NCBI RefSeq assembly: GCF_050943825.1
Contig: NZ_JBMNPX010000010.1
Coordinates: 7,771 to 71,770 of the forward strand
Reading direction: 5' to 3'
Length of the DNA stretch: 64,000 nucleotides
From: Pseudoflavonifractor sp.
GTDB taxonomy: Bacteria; Bacillota; Clostridia; Oscillospirales; Oscillospiraceae
The notes under the pieces are model-generated. The model saw only the letters and a program-made list of their open reading frames with translations, searched no databases and was not told the DNA's origin. Position numbers and translations under genes: made by a program. Positions 17,106 through 25,889 of this stretch are shown one piece after another; positions within the stretch are counted from its first letter, which is position 1; each line of letters starts with the position of its first letter.

Positions 17106-19037
17106 TCAGCTTACCTCCCGGTCAGCCGAAGTATTCGCCTCGTCCTGGGACACCGGCGCAGGAAGCCGCCGGTCGGGCAGCGTCAGACGGACCACAACAG
17201 CGGCGGCCTCCGCCCGGGTGATGTTCCAGTCTGGGTGATAGTTGCCTTGCGCATCGCAGCCCTGGACAATGCCCAGACTGTAGAGTTTGATGATCTCGTA
17301 GGCATGGGGTGTTGCGCGGGCAAAGGCTGATGCGTAATCTTCCACGTCAGGCGGAGAAATATAAAGGTCCGAATACATTTCATAGTCAGGCAGCGCGGGG
17401 TACAGAATGGCCGCCATCTCGCCCCGGGTGGCCGGGCGGGAGAAGTCGGTAAATTCATCGGGTTCGAGGATGCCTGCATCCAGCGCGTAGGCCACATAGG
17501 TGTCCCACCAGTGCTCGCCCGAGGTCTGATCAAAGGTGTACTGGTCGGCGCGGTAGGTGGAGCGGATGACGGCGGCCAGCTTTACCACCTCGGCCAGCGT
17601 CAGGTTGGCGTCGGGGAGGAAATCACCCTGTCCGTTTCCGGCAAAGAGACCCAGCGCGGTGGCATCCCGGACAGAGCCCTCCTGTCCCGTGCCGTACCAC
17701 AGGCTTTCGTCAATATCCCGGTATCCGGAGTAGGGCTGATCCATGGTGAAGTTGGACAGGGAGCCCTCCAGGACAAAGCGGGCTTTCAGGGTGTGGTTTT
17801 CCGTGGCTGGCGGGAAGGTGTACTGGGTGACCGGGCCAACGCTGACGCCGTCCACCAGTACATCGTAGAGCCGGTATCCCGGGTGGGTGTGGATATACAC
17901 GGTGCGGCTCTCTGTCTCCAGAAGGGGAAAACTGGTGACATTGTAATTGTAGTCGATGATATCGCCGCCAGAGTCATCTATAGGAGTGAACTCCCCCTCT
18001 GTGCCCCGGGCGATATATGCGCCTGTCTCCGTGGAGAGCGAGACATAGTATGGCGAGGGGCTGAACTGGGGGTAGCTGCCTGGAAGCTGTGTCCACCTGA
18101 CATACCCCTCATCCGGGTGGCTGTCCACCCAGGCGTTGAGGGCCTCCAGCAGCGTGCCTTCCTCGGTTAGGGGAGTCCCGTCCGCTTTGTAAAGGGCGCC
18201 GTCCAAGCCGGTAAACAAACCACAGCCATTCTCGTATGCATCAGGGGAAAAGATATCAGTACTTTCAGATGGCAGCCATTCTGGAAATATGAAGGAGAAG
18301 CAGTGCTCAATGTCGGTTTGTTGGGCGGCAAATGTGGGATAAAGATTGGATGTATAACAGTTTTCTGCCCTGGCTTTGGAGCCGTCCCGATTTCCGCCGA
18401 AAAATCCGCCGTTGAGAATGTCGGCAGATGTGACATAACAGTTTGCAATTAGGCTATCTGAATTGGTGGTGACCAGAGCGCAGGTATAGCCAAGATTGCG
18501 GCCGTCTATCCACGCAGCGCTAACCCCGCCGCTAAAGGTACAGTTCCGGAGCACTGAGCCGTCGCACAGAGTATACACCAGTCCCGACGCATTGAATGCT
18601 TTAATTTCACCGATGACATACAGGTTTTCCACAACGCCCCCCTCCACAGTGCCGAAAAAAGCGGCTGAGGAACCCACACCGGGTTCAATAAGCGCGGGAA
18701 GGTCAACCTTTACTCCGGTGATAAAGTGAAAGCCGCCGTCAAAGGTGCCGCGGAAGCTGTGCGCATCGTCCATACCGATGGGCGTCCACAGCTCTTCGCC
18801 CAGATCCAGATCGGCGGTCAGGCGGTAGGAGGCAGAACGATAGGCCTCATCCCCGCTATTGACCAGGGACGCAAATTGCCATAGCTGTTCCACCGTGGCG
18901 ATTTGATAGGGGTCCTCCGCAGTGCCGGAGCCGCCGGCAAAGACGGAAGAGGGTGTCTCCGCCGCCTGGGAGACAGCCGGGAACATGGCAGCGGCCAGAC
19001 ACATACACAGCAGCAATGAGAGAAAACGTTTGTACAC
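17106..19037 (-). CDS. Secreted SLH-domain surface protein with GLUG/M26-like N-terminal region and an InlB-B-repeat-like module
   Basis: GTG start with RBS AAGGAG, signal peptide, FAGGSGTAEDPYQI motif, WTPIG, GYRLYDVLVDG repeat module, C-terminal SLH (LTLAE, ATRGE, ITRAE). Confidence 0.88.
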   Translation of the reverse strand: MYKRFLSLLLCMCLAAAMFPAVSQAAETPSSVFAGGSGTAEDPYQIATVEQLWQFASLVNSGDEAYRSASYRLTADLDLGEELWTPIGMDDAHSFRGTFDGGFHFITGVKVDLPALIEPGVGSSAAFFGTVEGGVVENLYVIGEIKAFNASGLVYTLCDGSVLRNCTFSGGVSAAWIDGRNLGYTCALVTTNSDSLIANCYVTSADILNGGFFGGNRDGSKARAENCYTSNLYPTFAAQQTDIEHCFSFIFPEWLPSESTDIFSPDAYENGCGLFTGLDGALYKADGTPLTEEGTLLEALNAWVDSHPDEGYVRWTQLPGSYPQFSPSPYYVSLSTETGAYIARGTEGEFTPIDDSGGDIIDYNYNVTSFPLLETESRTVYIHTHPGYRLYDVLVDGVSVGPVTQYTFPPATENHTLKARFVLEGSLSNFTMDQPYSGYRDIDESLWYGTGQEGSVRDATALGLFAGNGQGDFLPDANLTLAEVVKLAAVIRSTYRADQYTFDQTSGEHWWDTYVAYALDAGILEPDEFTDFSRPATRGEMAAILYPALPDYEMYSDLYISPPDVEDYASAFARATPHAYEIIKLYSLGIVQGCDAQGNYHPDWNITRAEAAAVVVRLTLPDRRLPAPVSQDEANTSADREVS

Positions 19038-19251
19038 GATAGGCGCTCCTTTCTGACGCACGGCCCGGAGCATATCAAATGCCGGGCTTATGGTGTCGGG
19101 TTTCCTGCATTCCCAGAACATTATATCATATAAAAAGGGAAGCGGGAGAGAAACGCCGTACTGCAGCCGCCGGAAATTGTGCTGCGCCGCTGGGCAGCAG
19201 CTGTCACAGCGGATTGCCCGAGAGAAAAATAGGGAAATTTTAAATTTTCAG

Positions 19252-19280
19252 TTGACAGCAGAGAGATGGCCTGCTATAAT
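19252..19280 (+). promoter_or_regulatory. Consensus sigma70/sigmaA promoter of tRNA-Ala
   Basis: TTGACA (19252-19257), 17 bp, TATAAT (19275-19280). Confidence 0.9.
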
Positions 19281-19310
19281 GTACAAGTCGTCACAAGATG
19301 ACAGCAATAT

Positions 19311-19386
<76 letters not shown>

Positions 19387-19581
19387 AAAAAGGCCTGAAA
19401 TCGTAAGATTTCAGGTCTTTTTCTTTTTTGAAATTGAAACAGAGAATATAACTCAGCTGCCCGGCGGACTCAAGGGAGCAGCCCGCTTTCTTGCCGGGAT
19501 ATATGAAGACGCCGCCCGTAATCCGGTTGGGCGGCGCCTTTTTTAAATGAATTTATGAAATCTCGTTCCGCTTTTATGCAC

Positions 19582-19899
19582 TTACTTTTTTGCGGCTTTA
19601 TAAAACATATAAACTGCACACCCGCCGCCAATCGCAAATGGCCCGATGGCTCCCACAATTTTAAGAAGTATGAGACCAATCGTAAGATGAAGGACTTCCT
19701 TCAGAGCGTCTAAAACCACATATGACGATAATGACAGCCCGCCGCAAACGAGGCTCAACGTGAGTCTGCCGCACATTCTTTCTACTTTGCGTGTTTCCTT
19801 TTTAGAAAGTGCCTGTAATATATGATTGACAAGTACAAAACACGCAATGAGAGAAACCGCACAAATACCCAACAGCACAAAAGACAATGCATCTGTCAT
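19582..19899 (-). CDS. Small AT-rich membrane protein (about 3 TM), unknown function
   Basis: RBS GAGGGG, own promoter, three hydrophobic segments, locally AT-rich DNA. Confidence 0.75.
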   Translation of the reverse strand: MTDALSFVLLGICAVSLIACFVLVNHILQALSKKETRKVERMCGRLTLSLVCGGLSLSSYVVLDALKEVLHLTIGLILLKIVGAIGPFAIGGGCAVYMFYKAAKK

Positions 19900-19974
19900 A
19901 GTGACCCCTCATCAGCTTTCTATGAACATGATAATCAAGTGTGTATTTGTAATTCTAAGGCAGTTAACATCCAT

Positions 19975-20003
19975 AGTATAGCTCAAATTAGCGGGGGTGG
20001 CAA
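19975..20003 (-). promoter_or_regulatory. sigma70-type promoter of the orphan membrane gene
   Basis: Minus strand TTGCCA, 17 bp, TATACT. Confidence 0.65.
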
Positions 20004-20078
20004 GGTGTGCACCCTTTTGCGGGCTTGCCGCAGACATTCAAATAGTGCATAAAATGTAGTCAGAGGAATGATAGAAGG

Positions 20079-20120
20079 TAAAACGAAGGAGGGTACCGCA
20101 AGGTACCCTCCTTCGTTTTT
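20079..20120 (-). terminator. Terminator of the MATE-STAND operon
   Basis: aaaacgaaggagggtacc-GCAA-ggtaccctccttcgtttt, 18-bp stem. Confidence 0.8.
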
Positions 20121-20174
20121 AGAGTGCTTCAGTACGCTGTGAACAAAGGCAGATGCTGCTGCGTCAAACAGGGC

Positions 20175-21128
20175 CTACTGCCTTGCCTTTTTCTTTTCTC
20201 CATCCAGGGTTTTGAAATGCAGAAATCGCAATTCCGGGTGTCCGCAGTGGAGCAGGAATGTGTCCATGAGGCGGCAGGTGCGGCGGAGCCACGCGTGGCA
20301 GCCGGAGGGGGGCTTTCCCGCGCACTCCTGCTGATACCGCTCCAACAGGCTCAGAACCAGAAAATCCGTCCGCTCGCCAAAACGGCTCTCATGCCGCTCA
20401 TCCAGGGGGAGATATCCCAGCGTTGTCAGGCCCCGGTCGAGGATGGACGGAGAGACAAACGGGGCGGACAGCAAAAACAGGTGGCGCAGCATTGTTTTTC
20501 TGGGGATTTCACCCAGCAGAAAGCGAAGCCGCTGAAACTCGTTGACGTAGTTTGCGCTGTTGAGATGGCTGGTCTCATCCAATTTGTTTTTGGTGTCCAC
20601 ATACTGTCTGGCGTCCTGGACATAGCAGTGGCGCAGATATTCCCCGGATTTTTCCCAGGGAATATTCAGACATTCCAGCTCCAGCGGATGAACCATGGCC
20701 AGATATTGGGCCTCCAAATCCTCCAGATACCGCCTCCGCCGGCAGTAGACCGGGTCTTCATAATCCGCAGCATCAAACACCATGTCGGCGCTGTCGTAGT
20801 ACCCCTTCAGGAGGAAGGCTTCATCTGCCGGATTCAGCGCCAGCGCCCGCCCCAGCGCCAGACACTGCTCCCGGCTCTGGGGCTTGTGCCGTCCGGTGCG
20901 CCAGTATCGCACGGCCAGCTGCTCCGTGCTCTTCTCCGGCTGCCGTCCGTACAGCCGCTCAAATACCAGCCGGTCCAGCGCGCCCCGTCCGCTTAAGCTT
21001 TGAGACCGGGCCACATCCTCAAATCGTTCCCGAATCCATGCGGTCTCACGGGACTCCCACCCGGGCTCGGTGCAGAGGGCCAGAGTGTTCTCCAGCCAGT
21101 CCAGGGTTTCCTTTTGGTACTGTTCCAT
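20175..21128 (-). CDS. Hypothetical helical protein with two HTH-like segments
   Basis: RBS GGAGG. VRYWRTGRHKPQSREQCLALGRAL resembles XRE helix-3/4. A second related segment is PRKTMLRHLF...LGYLPL. Confidence 0.75.
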   Translation of the reverse strand: MEQYQKETLDWLENTLALCTEPGWESRETAWIRERFEDVARSQSLSGRGALDRLVFERLYGRQPEKSTEQLAVRYWRTGRHKPQSREQCLALGRALALNPADEAFLLKGYYDSADMVFDAADYEDPVYCRRRRYLEDLEAQYLAMVHPLELECLNIPWEKSGEYLRHCYVQDARQYVDTKNKLDETSHLNSANYVNEFQRLRFLLGEIPRKTMLRHLFLLSAPFVSPSILDRGLTTLGYLPLDERHESRFGERTDFLVLSLLERYQQECAGKPPSGCHAWLRRTCRLMDTFLLHCGHPELRFLHFKTLDGEKKKARQ

Positions 21129-21143
21129 CCTGATCCTCCCGGC

Positions 21144-23252
21144 TCAAAGCGCCGCTTCCTTCTCGCGGAGCGTCTCATACCACTGGGTCTGGCGGGGATA
21201 GTACTGGGTCAGCTTGTGGAGAATCTGACGGTACAGCGTCCGGGCAGCCTCCGCTTCTCCGGCAGCAGCCCAGGCGTCCGCCAGAACCTCCTGGCAGCTC
21301 AGGGTCTCCTTGGCGGCTTCTCCCCGCATGGCCTGGGTGACCTCCGTGCAGCTCCGGGCCAGCTCCATTGCCCCCGGAACCTCTCCCTGCCTGAGCAGAA
21401 TTTCAGCGCGCAGCAGGTCCAGCTCCACGCTGAAATGCCGCTGCTCCCCGAAGGGTTCCGTGCAGAAGTCCTCCCGCAGCTGACGGCACACCTCCAGCGC
21501 CTGCCGGTATTGCCTCCGGCAAGCCAACAGCTTGGCCTGCTCCAGATGGAGAAAATAGCCGGTTTTGCGGTGCGGAAGGGGGAGGTGCCCCACCAGATTC
21601 TCATACCGCCCAAAGGCCTCCAGAGCCTCCCGGCAGTAGGCCAATGCCGAAACATACCTGCCCTCATGGCGGTCATTGCGGCACATTTTGTGGGCCGCCT
21701 GGGCCAGCCGGTAGAAGTAGAGGGCGTTGTAGGGCCTGCACTTCCGCAGAATCTCCAGAGCCTTTTGATACCAGGCCTTGGCGCTGGAAAACTGCATGCT
21801 GTTGTGGTACACCGCCCCCACCCGCATGGCAATGCTGCCGGTGACCTGATGCACCGCCCCGTAATGCTCCTCACAGCTTTGGTAGAGCCGGAGCATGTAT
21901 TGCAGGGACTCCCCGAAATATCCTCCGATCCATAAAACGGTGGCGAAGGTATCGTAGCTGTCGGCCAGCCAGGCACGGGGCGTGGGCCAGGCGTCCAGCA
22001 GTGAAAAGCAGACGGGCACGGCTTTGACCACCTCACCATAGGGTTCGTCCCAGATGTGGGCGTATTCCTCCTGCATCCCCCGGAGAAATCGGCGGCAGTT
22101 CTCCGGGGCAGGGGGGTAGCAGCGCCGGACGCTCTCCGCAATCACCGGATGGAGCCCGCACAGGGATTGTCCGTCCTGCTGCCGCACCCACACCAGCGAC
22201 ATGGCGCAAAGACGCTCCAGTGCGGCCGCTTTCAGCCCTGACGCCCGGAGAAAGCGCCCGGTCTCCATGCCGCCCGCCGGCAGCAGCGCCAGACAGCGGA
22301 GGACGCGGATATCGGTCTGGCTCATCAGGGGCCTGCGGATAAAGTATCGGGTCAGGTCGTCCTTTCCGGCGCCCAGCGCCGGCGGCTGGTCCGGGCTGCA
22401 CAGGGCCAGACGCATCAGAAGGGGATTGCCCTGCACTCCGGCGCAGAATGCGTCCAGACGCTGGATTTCGCCGGGGGTCAGAGGGCTCTGGCCGCAGCAG
22501 CGGTAAAAATCCCGCCAGTACCTCCGGTCCAGCGGGGGCAGGCGGTGCACCGCCACCGGCCAGTCCGCTCCGCACACCCGCCCGGTCATCAGCAGGGCGC
22601 AGGGCAGCTGCCACAGCAGGGGGAAAACCCGGTCCTTCAGCTGGTTCACATCGTCCAGAATCAGCAGCACCCGCCGGTTTTCCAAAAGCCCGGTGAACAC
22701 CTTCCACTTTTTCTTGAAGTACTGGGCCTGATCCGCGTACTGCCCGGAATTCCAGGACAGGTTCCGGATGTTCAGCTCTCCGTCGTCGCAGAAGGTGTGG
22801 GTCAGGTCCTGTCGGACATTCAGCCACACAACGGTGCCGTAGGCCCCGGCAAACCGGGCGGCGTAAGCACGGGCCAGGGTGGTCTTGCCCAGACCGCCCA
22901 TGCCGTGAAGCAGCACCCGGCCGGGCCCGCTTCCGCCGCTCAGCTGCCGGTGGATGGCCGCCAGCTCCTCCTCACGGCCCACAAATTGTTCCGGCGGAAG
23001 AATGGGCCTGGGGAAGAGCGCATGCTCATGGGTCCTCCGATAGGCGGCGTACTGCTCCTCCCAGAGTGCCACGGCCCGCTGCTGTTCTTCCGGACCGGAA
23101 AACCCCGGAGGTGTATCGGGATACCGGCTTTGCAGCACGATTTGGTTCCAGCTCCAAATCAGCTCCCGGTCCAGCCCCAGGGCCAACCCCTCCTGAGGCG
23201 TCAGCAGCTGCTCCGTGCTCAGGCCGTCCGGCCGGACCGTATCAGCGTGCAT
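21144..23252 (-). CDS. STAND (NB-ARC-like) P-loop NTPase with C-terminal TPR region
   Basis: FVGREEEL, Walker A GMGGLGKTT, Walker B LLILDDV, GNPLLM (GxP), followed by TPR-like helical repeats. RBS GGAGG. Confidence 0.88.
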   Translation of the reverse strand: MHADTVRPDGLSTEQLLTPQEGLALGLDRELIWSWNQIVLQSRYPDTPPGFSGPEEQQRAVALWEEQYAAYRRTHEHALFPRPILPPEQFVGREEELAAIHRQLSGGSGPGRVLLHGMGGLGKTTLARAYAARFAGAYGTVVWLNVRQDLTHTFCDDGELNIRNLSWNSGQYADQAQYFKKKWKVFTGLLENRRVLLILDDVNQLKDRVFPLLWQLPCALLMTGRVCGADWPVAVHRLPPLDRRYWRDFYRCCGQSPLTPGEIQRLDAFCAGVQGNPLLMRLALCSPDQPPALGAGKDDLTRYFIRRPLMSQTDIRVLRCLALLPAGGMETGRFLRASGLKAAALERLCAMSLVWVRQQDGQSLCGLHPVIAESVRRCYPPAPENCRRFLRGMQEEYAHIWDEPYGEVVKAVPVCFSLLDAWPTPRAWLADSYDTFATVLWIGGYFGESLQYMLRLYQSCEEHYGAVHQVTGSIAMRVGAVYHNSMQFSSAKAWYQKALEILRKCRPYNALYFYRLAQAAHKMCRNDRHEGRYVSALAYCREALEAFGRYENLVGHLPLPHRKTGYFLHLEQAKLLACRRQYRQALEVCRQLREDFCTEPFGEQRHFSVELDLLRAEILLRQGEVPGAMELARSCTEVTQAMRGEAAKETLSCQEVLADAWAAAGEAEAARTLYRQILHKLTQYYPRQTQWYETLREKEAAL

Positions 23253-24570
23253 TCCAATCGCCTCCTCTCAGGGTACGCCGAAACAACGCGCTGCCCAGAA
23301 GGGCGGAGGCCCCCCAGCTCAGCACCACGCCCAGCGCTCCGCCCATATAGCCGAAGGCGGGAATGAGAAGCCAGGCGGCAGCGGCGCTGCACAGCACCTC
23401 CATACCGCCCAGGGCCACCACGCCGCCATACCGACCCATGGCCTGCAGGGCGTTGCGGTAGAGAATGGCGAAGCTCACCGGAAACACCAGCACGGTGAGG
23501 CGGAGCCACAAGAGGGATGCCTCTGTCACTTCGGAAGGCTGTCCCGGTCCGGCCACCAGCCCCACAAGGGGGCGACCCGCAATCCAGACCAGGGCTGCCG
23601 CTGCCAGGCCCAGAATCACAAAGAGCCGGACCAACCGCCGGTGGCAGGCCAGGATATTTTCCCGGTTGCCCGCACCCACATTCTGGCCGGTGATCACGCC
23701 GGAGGCGGTGCCCAGCTCCCCCTGGGGCGCGATGAGGACCGCCTGCAGGGAGAGGGCGATGGCCTGGGCGGCAATCAGCCGGGGAGACAGGGTGTTCACC
23801 GCCCGCTGGAGCACCAGGGCGCCCAACGCGCTGAGGAAGAAGTAGACGGTTTTGGCGCCGCCGTTTTGCAGCAGACCCCGCCACACCGTACCCGGAATTT
23901 CACGGGGACCCACAGTCCGCAGCAGCCGGGGCCGGTTCCGCCGGACGTACCGCAGCAAAAGCAGGGCCAGCAGGGCGTTGGTCAGCACCGTGGCCAGCGC
24001 CGCCCAGGCCACGCCGCCCTTCCACACGCCGATGAACAGTACCACCAGCGCCGTGTTGGTCACCGCGCCCAGGACGGCCAGTGCGCTGAAATAGCCCGTG
24101 TCTCCCACCGCCTGGAGGAGCACCATCAGCAGCAGCTTGGCGGCGGTGGCCCCCGCTCCGGCAAAGGAGAGAATCAGGTAGGGCGCCGCCGCGGGGCGCA
24201 GCTGGGGCGGGAGATTGCCCAGGGCCATCAGGCCATTTACCCCCAGCGCGGCCAGCAGGCCCAGGCCGGAGAGAATCAGCGTATACCGCAGGGCGGCGGA
24301 GAAGGCGGCGGGGAGACGTTTGGGGTCCCCGCTGCCTACGGCCGTGCCCAGGCAGATGCCGAACCCGTAAAACATCCCGGCCAGCACCTTGCCCCGAATG
24401 GTCAGCAGGCCGCCGCAGGCCCCCATGACCGCCAGAGCCGTATCGTCCAGGGCATAGCTGACCACGGCGGTGTTGATCAGGCCGTAGACCTGCTGGAAGA
24501 GCTCCGCCGCCATCAGCGGGATCAGGAACCGGGCAAGGGCCTTCGGGCAACAGGCTCCGGTAAAATCCAC
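23242..24570 (-). CDS. MATE-family efflux transporter
   Basis: QQVYGLINTAVV, GDT...N, GVAWAALAT and GQNVGAGN MATE motifs, about 12 TM. GTG start; overlaps the STAND start by 11 nt. Confidence 0.88.
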   Translation of the reverse strand: MDFTGACCPKALARFLIPLMAAELFQQVYGLINTAVVSYALDDTALAVMGACGGLLTIRGKVLAGMFYGFGICLGTAVGSGDPKRLPAAFSAALRYTLILSGLGLLAALGVNGLMALGNLPPQLRPAAAPYLILSFAGAGATAAKLLLMVLLQAVGDTGYFSALAVLGAVTNTALVVLFIGVWKGGVAWAALATVLTNALLALLLLRYVRRNRPRLLRTVGPREIPGTVWRGLLQNGGAKTVYFFLSALGALVLQRAVNTLSPRLIAAQAIALSLQAVLIAPQGELGTASGVITGQNVGAGNRENILACHRRLVRLFVILGLAAAALVWIAGRPLVGLVAGPGQPSEVTEASLLWLRLTVLVFPVSFAILYRNALQAMGRYGGVVALGGMEVLCSAAAAWLLIPAFGYMGGALGVVLSWGASALLGSALFRRTLRGGDWNAR

Positions 24571-24593
24571 GCAAATCCCCCCCTTTTTTGGAA

Positions 24594-24693
24594 AACGTAC
24601 CATGTACAAAGCAATCTGTCAACGAAGTAAGTTTTAACCAAGTGGGATTTACGGAATATTTTTTGCTTTGGTTAAAACTTACATCATTGACAG
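24594..24693. promoter_or_regulatory. Divergent promoter region built as a 26-bp inverted repeat with an outward TTGACA in each arm
   Basis: Arms 24616-24641 and 24668-24693 match at 24 of 26 positions. The leftward promoter is TTGACA, 17 bp, TG-n-TACGTT. Confidence 0.75.
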
Positions 24694-24834
24694 GGCCTTG
24701 GAGGCTGTGTTTAAGTTGGACGAATTACGGAGACACATCCCGCAGTCCCTGCCGTGCTGCGGAGCCATCTCCCGGAAAGGAGGCCCCATTCGGACAGCGC
24801 TACGGCAGAATTGTTGGAGAAAGGAAGTTTGTCT

Positions 24835-25809
24835 ATGAAATACGGGAAGAAAATTCTGTCTCTTCTGCTGGCCGCCGTGCTGGCGGCCGGTGTGCTGGCG
24901 ACGGGTGCGTTTGCCGGCGAGATTGACACGGACACGGTGGATTTGGGGAATGTGAAGTTCATCGGCGTCTACGCCCAGGAGGAGGAGACCCTGCAGCTCA
25001 CCTACACGGACTACGAGAGCGGGGAGACCGTCAAGGAAGAGATCACGGCCACGGTCTACACCCTGTTCAACACCGCCGACACCGTGGTGTACACGCACAG
25101 CGCCGTGAGCAAGTTTATGCCCTACCGTCTGCAGGCCGACGGCTCCTACAAGCAGGAGGGGCTGGGCGTTCAGGGCGGCTTCAAGTGGACTGTAAAGACC
25201 TTTGCCGATCGCCCCGCTGAGCTCTATCGTCTCACGCCGGACCGGGACGCGGCCGACGTGTTTTTCCGGGTGAAGGACCTGACCACTGGGGGCGGCGTCA
25301 AATTTTCCGACGTGCCCGACGGCGCGTGGTATGCGGACACCGTGAAGTGGGCGGTGGAGAAGGGGATCACCACCGGCACCAGCGCCACCACCTTCTCTCC
25401 GGACACCCCCTGCACCACCGCCGAGATTATCACCTTCTTCTGGCGTGCGGCCGGTTCCCCGGCGTCCGGCGCGGAGCTCACCTACAAGGACGTGCCTGAC
25501 GACGCGTGGTACCGTGACGCCGCGGTGTGGGCCTGCGAGAAGGGCCTGGTGGAGGGCGACACCTTCGGCGGAGACACCCCCTGCACCCGTCTGAGCACCG
25601 TAATCTACCTGTGGACCCTGGAGGGCAAGCCCAGACACGGCTCGAACCACTTCCAGGATGTGGAGATCAACGGGCCGTACCACTATCCCGTGGGCTGGGC
25701 CGTGGCGGAGGAAATCACCACCGGTACCAGCGACACCACCTTCTCCCCGGACCTGGTGTGCAGCCGTGCGCAGATTGTGACCTTCCTGTACCGGTACATG
25801 ATGCGGTAA
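24835..25809 (+). CDS. Secreted protein with three C-terminal SLH domains
   Basis: Signal peptide MKYGKKILSLLL; FSDVPDGAWY, GITTGTS..TFSPD and CSRAQIVTFL SLH motifs. Confidence 0.9.
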   Translation: MKYGKKILSLLLAAVLAAGVLATGAFAGEIDTDTVDLGNVKFIGVYAQEEETLQLTYTDYESGETVKEEITATVYTLFNTADTVVYTHSAVSKFMPYRLQADGSYKQEGLGVQGGFKWTVKTFADRPAELYRLTPDRDAADVFFRVKDLTTGGGVKFSDVPDGAWYADTVKWAVEKGITTGTSATTFSPDTPCTTAEIITFFWRAAGSPASGAELTYKDVPDDAWYRDAAVWACEKGLVEGDTFGGDTPCTRLSTVIYLWTLEGKPRHGSNHFQDVEINGPYHYPVGWAVAEEITTGTSDTTFSPDLVCSRAQIVTFLYRYMMR

Positions 25810-25889
25810 CGGGCAGCCGCTCCCCGCGGATGGTTCTATGGGGGGAGCGAAACATCACCGGCAGTCTGCCGGAAGAGAGGAGAACTGTT

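Noticed and set aside
21144-23252. Classical Avs antiviral STAND protein
   Set aside because: No N-terminal nuclease, Sir2, TIR, protease or TM effector is recognisable. Kept only as an open alternative within the operon finding.
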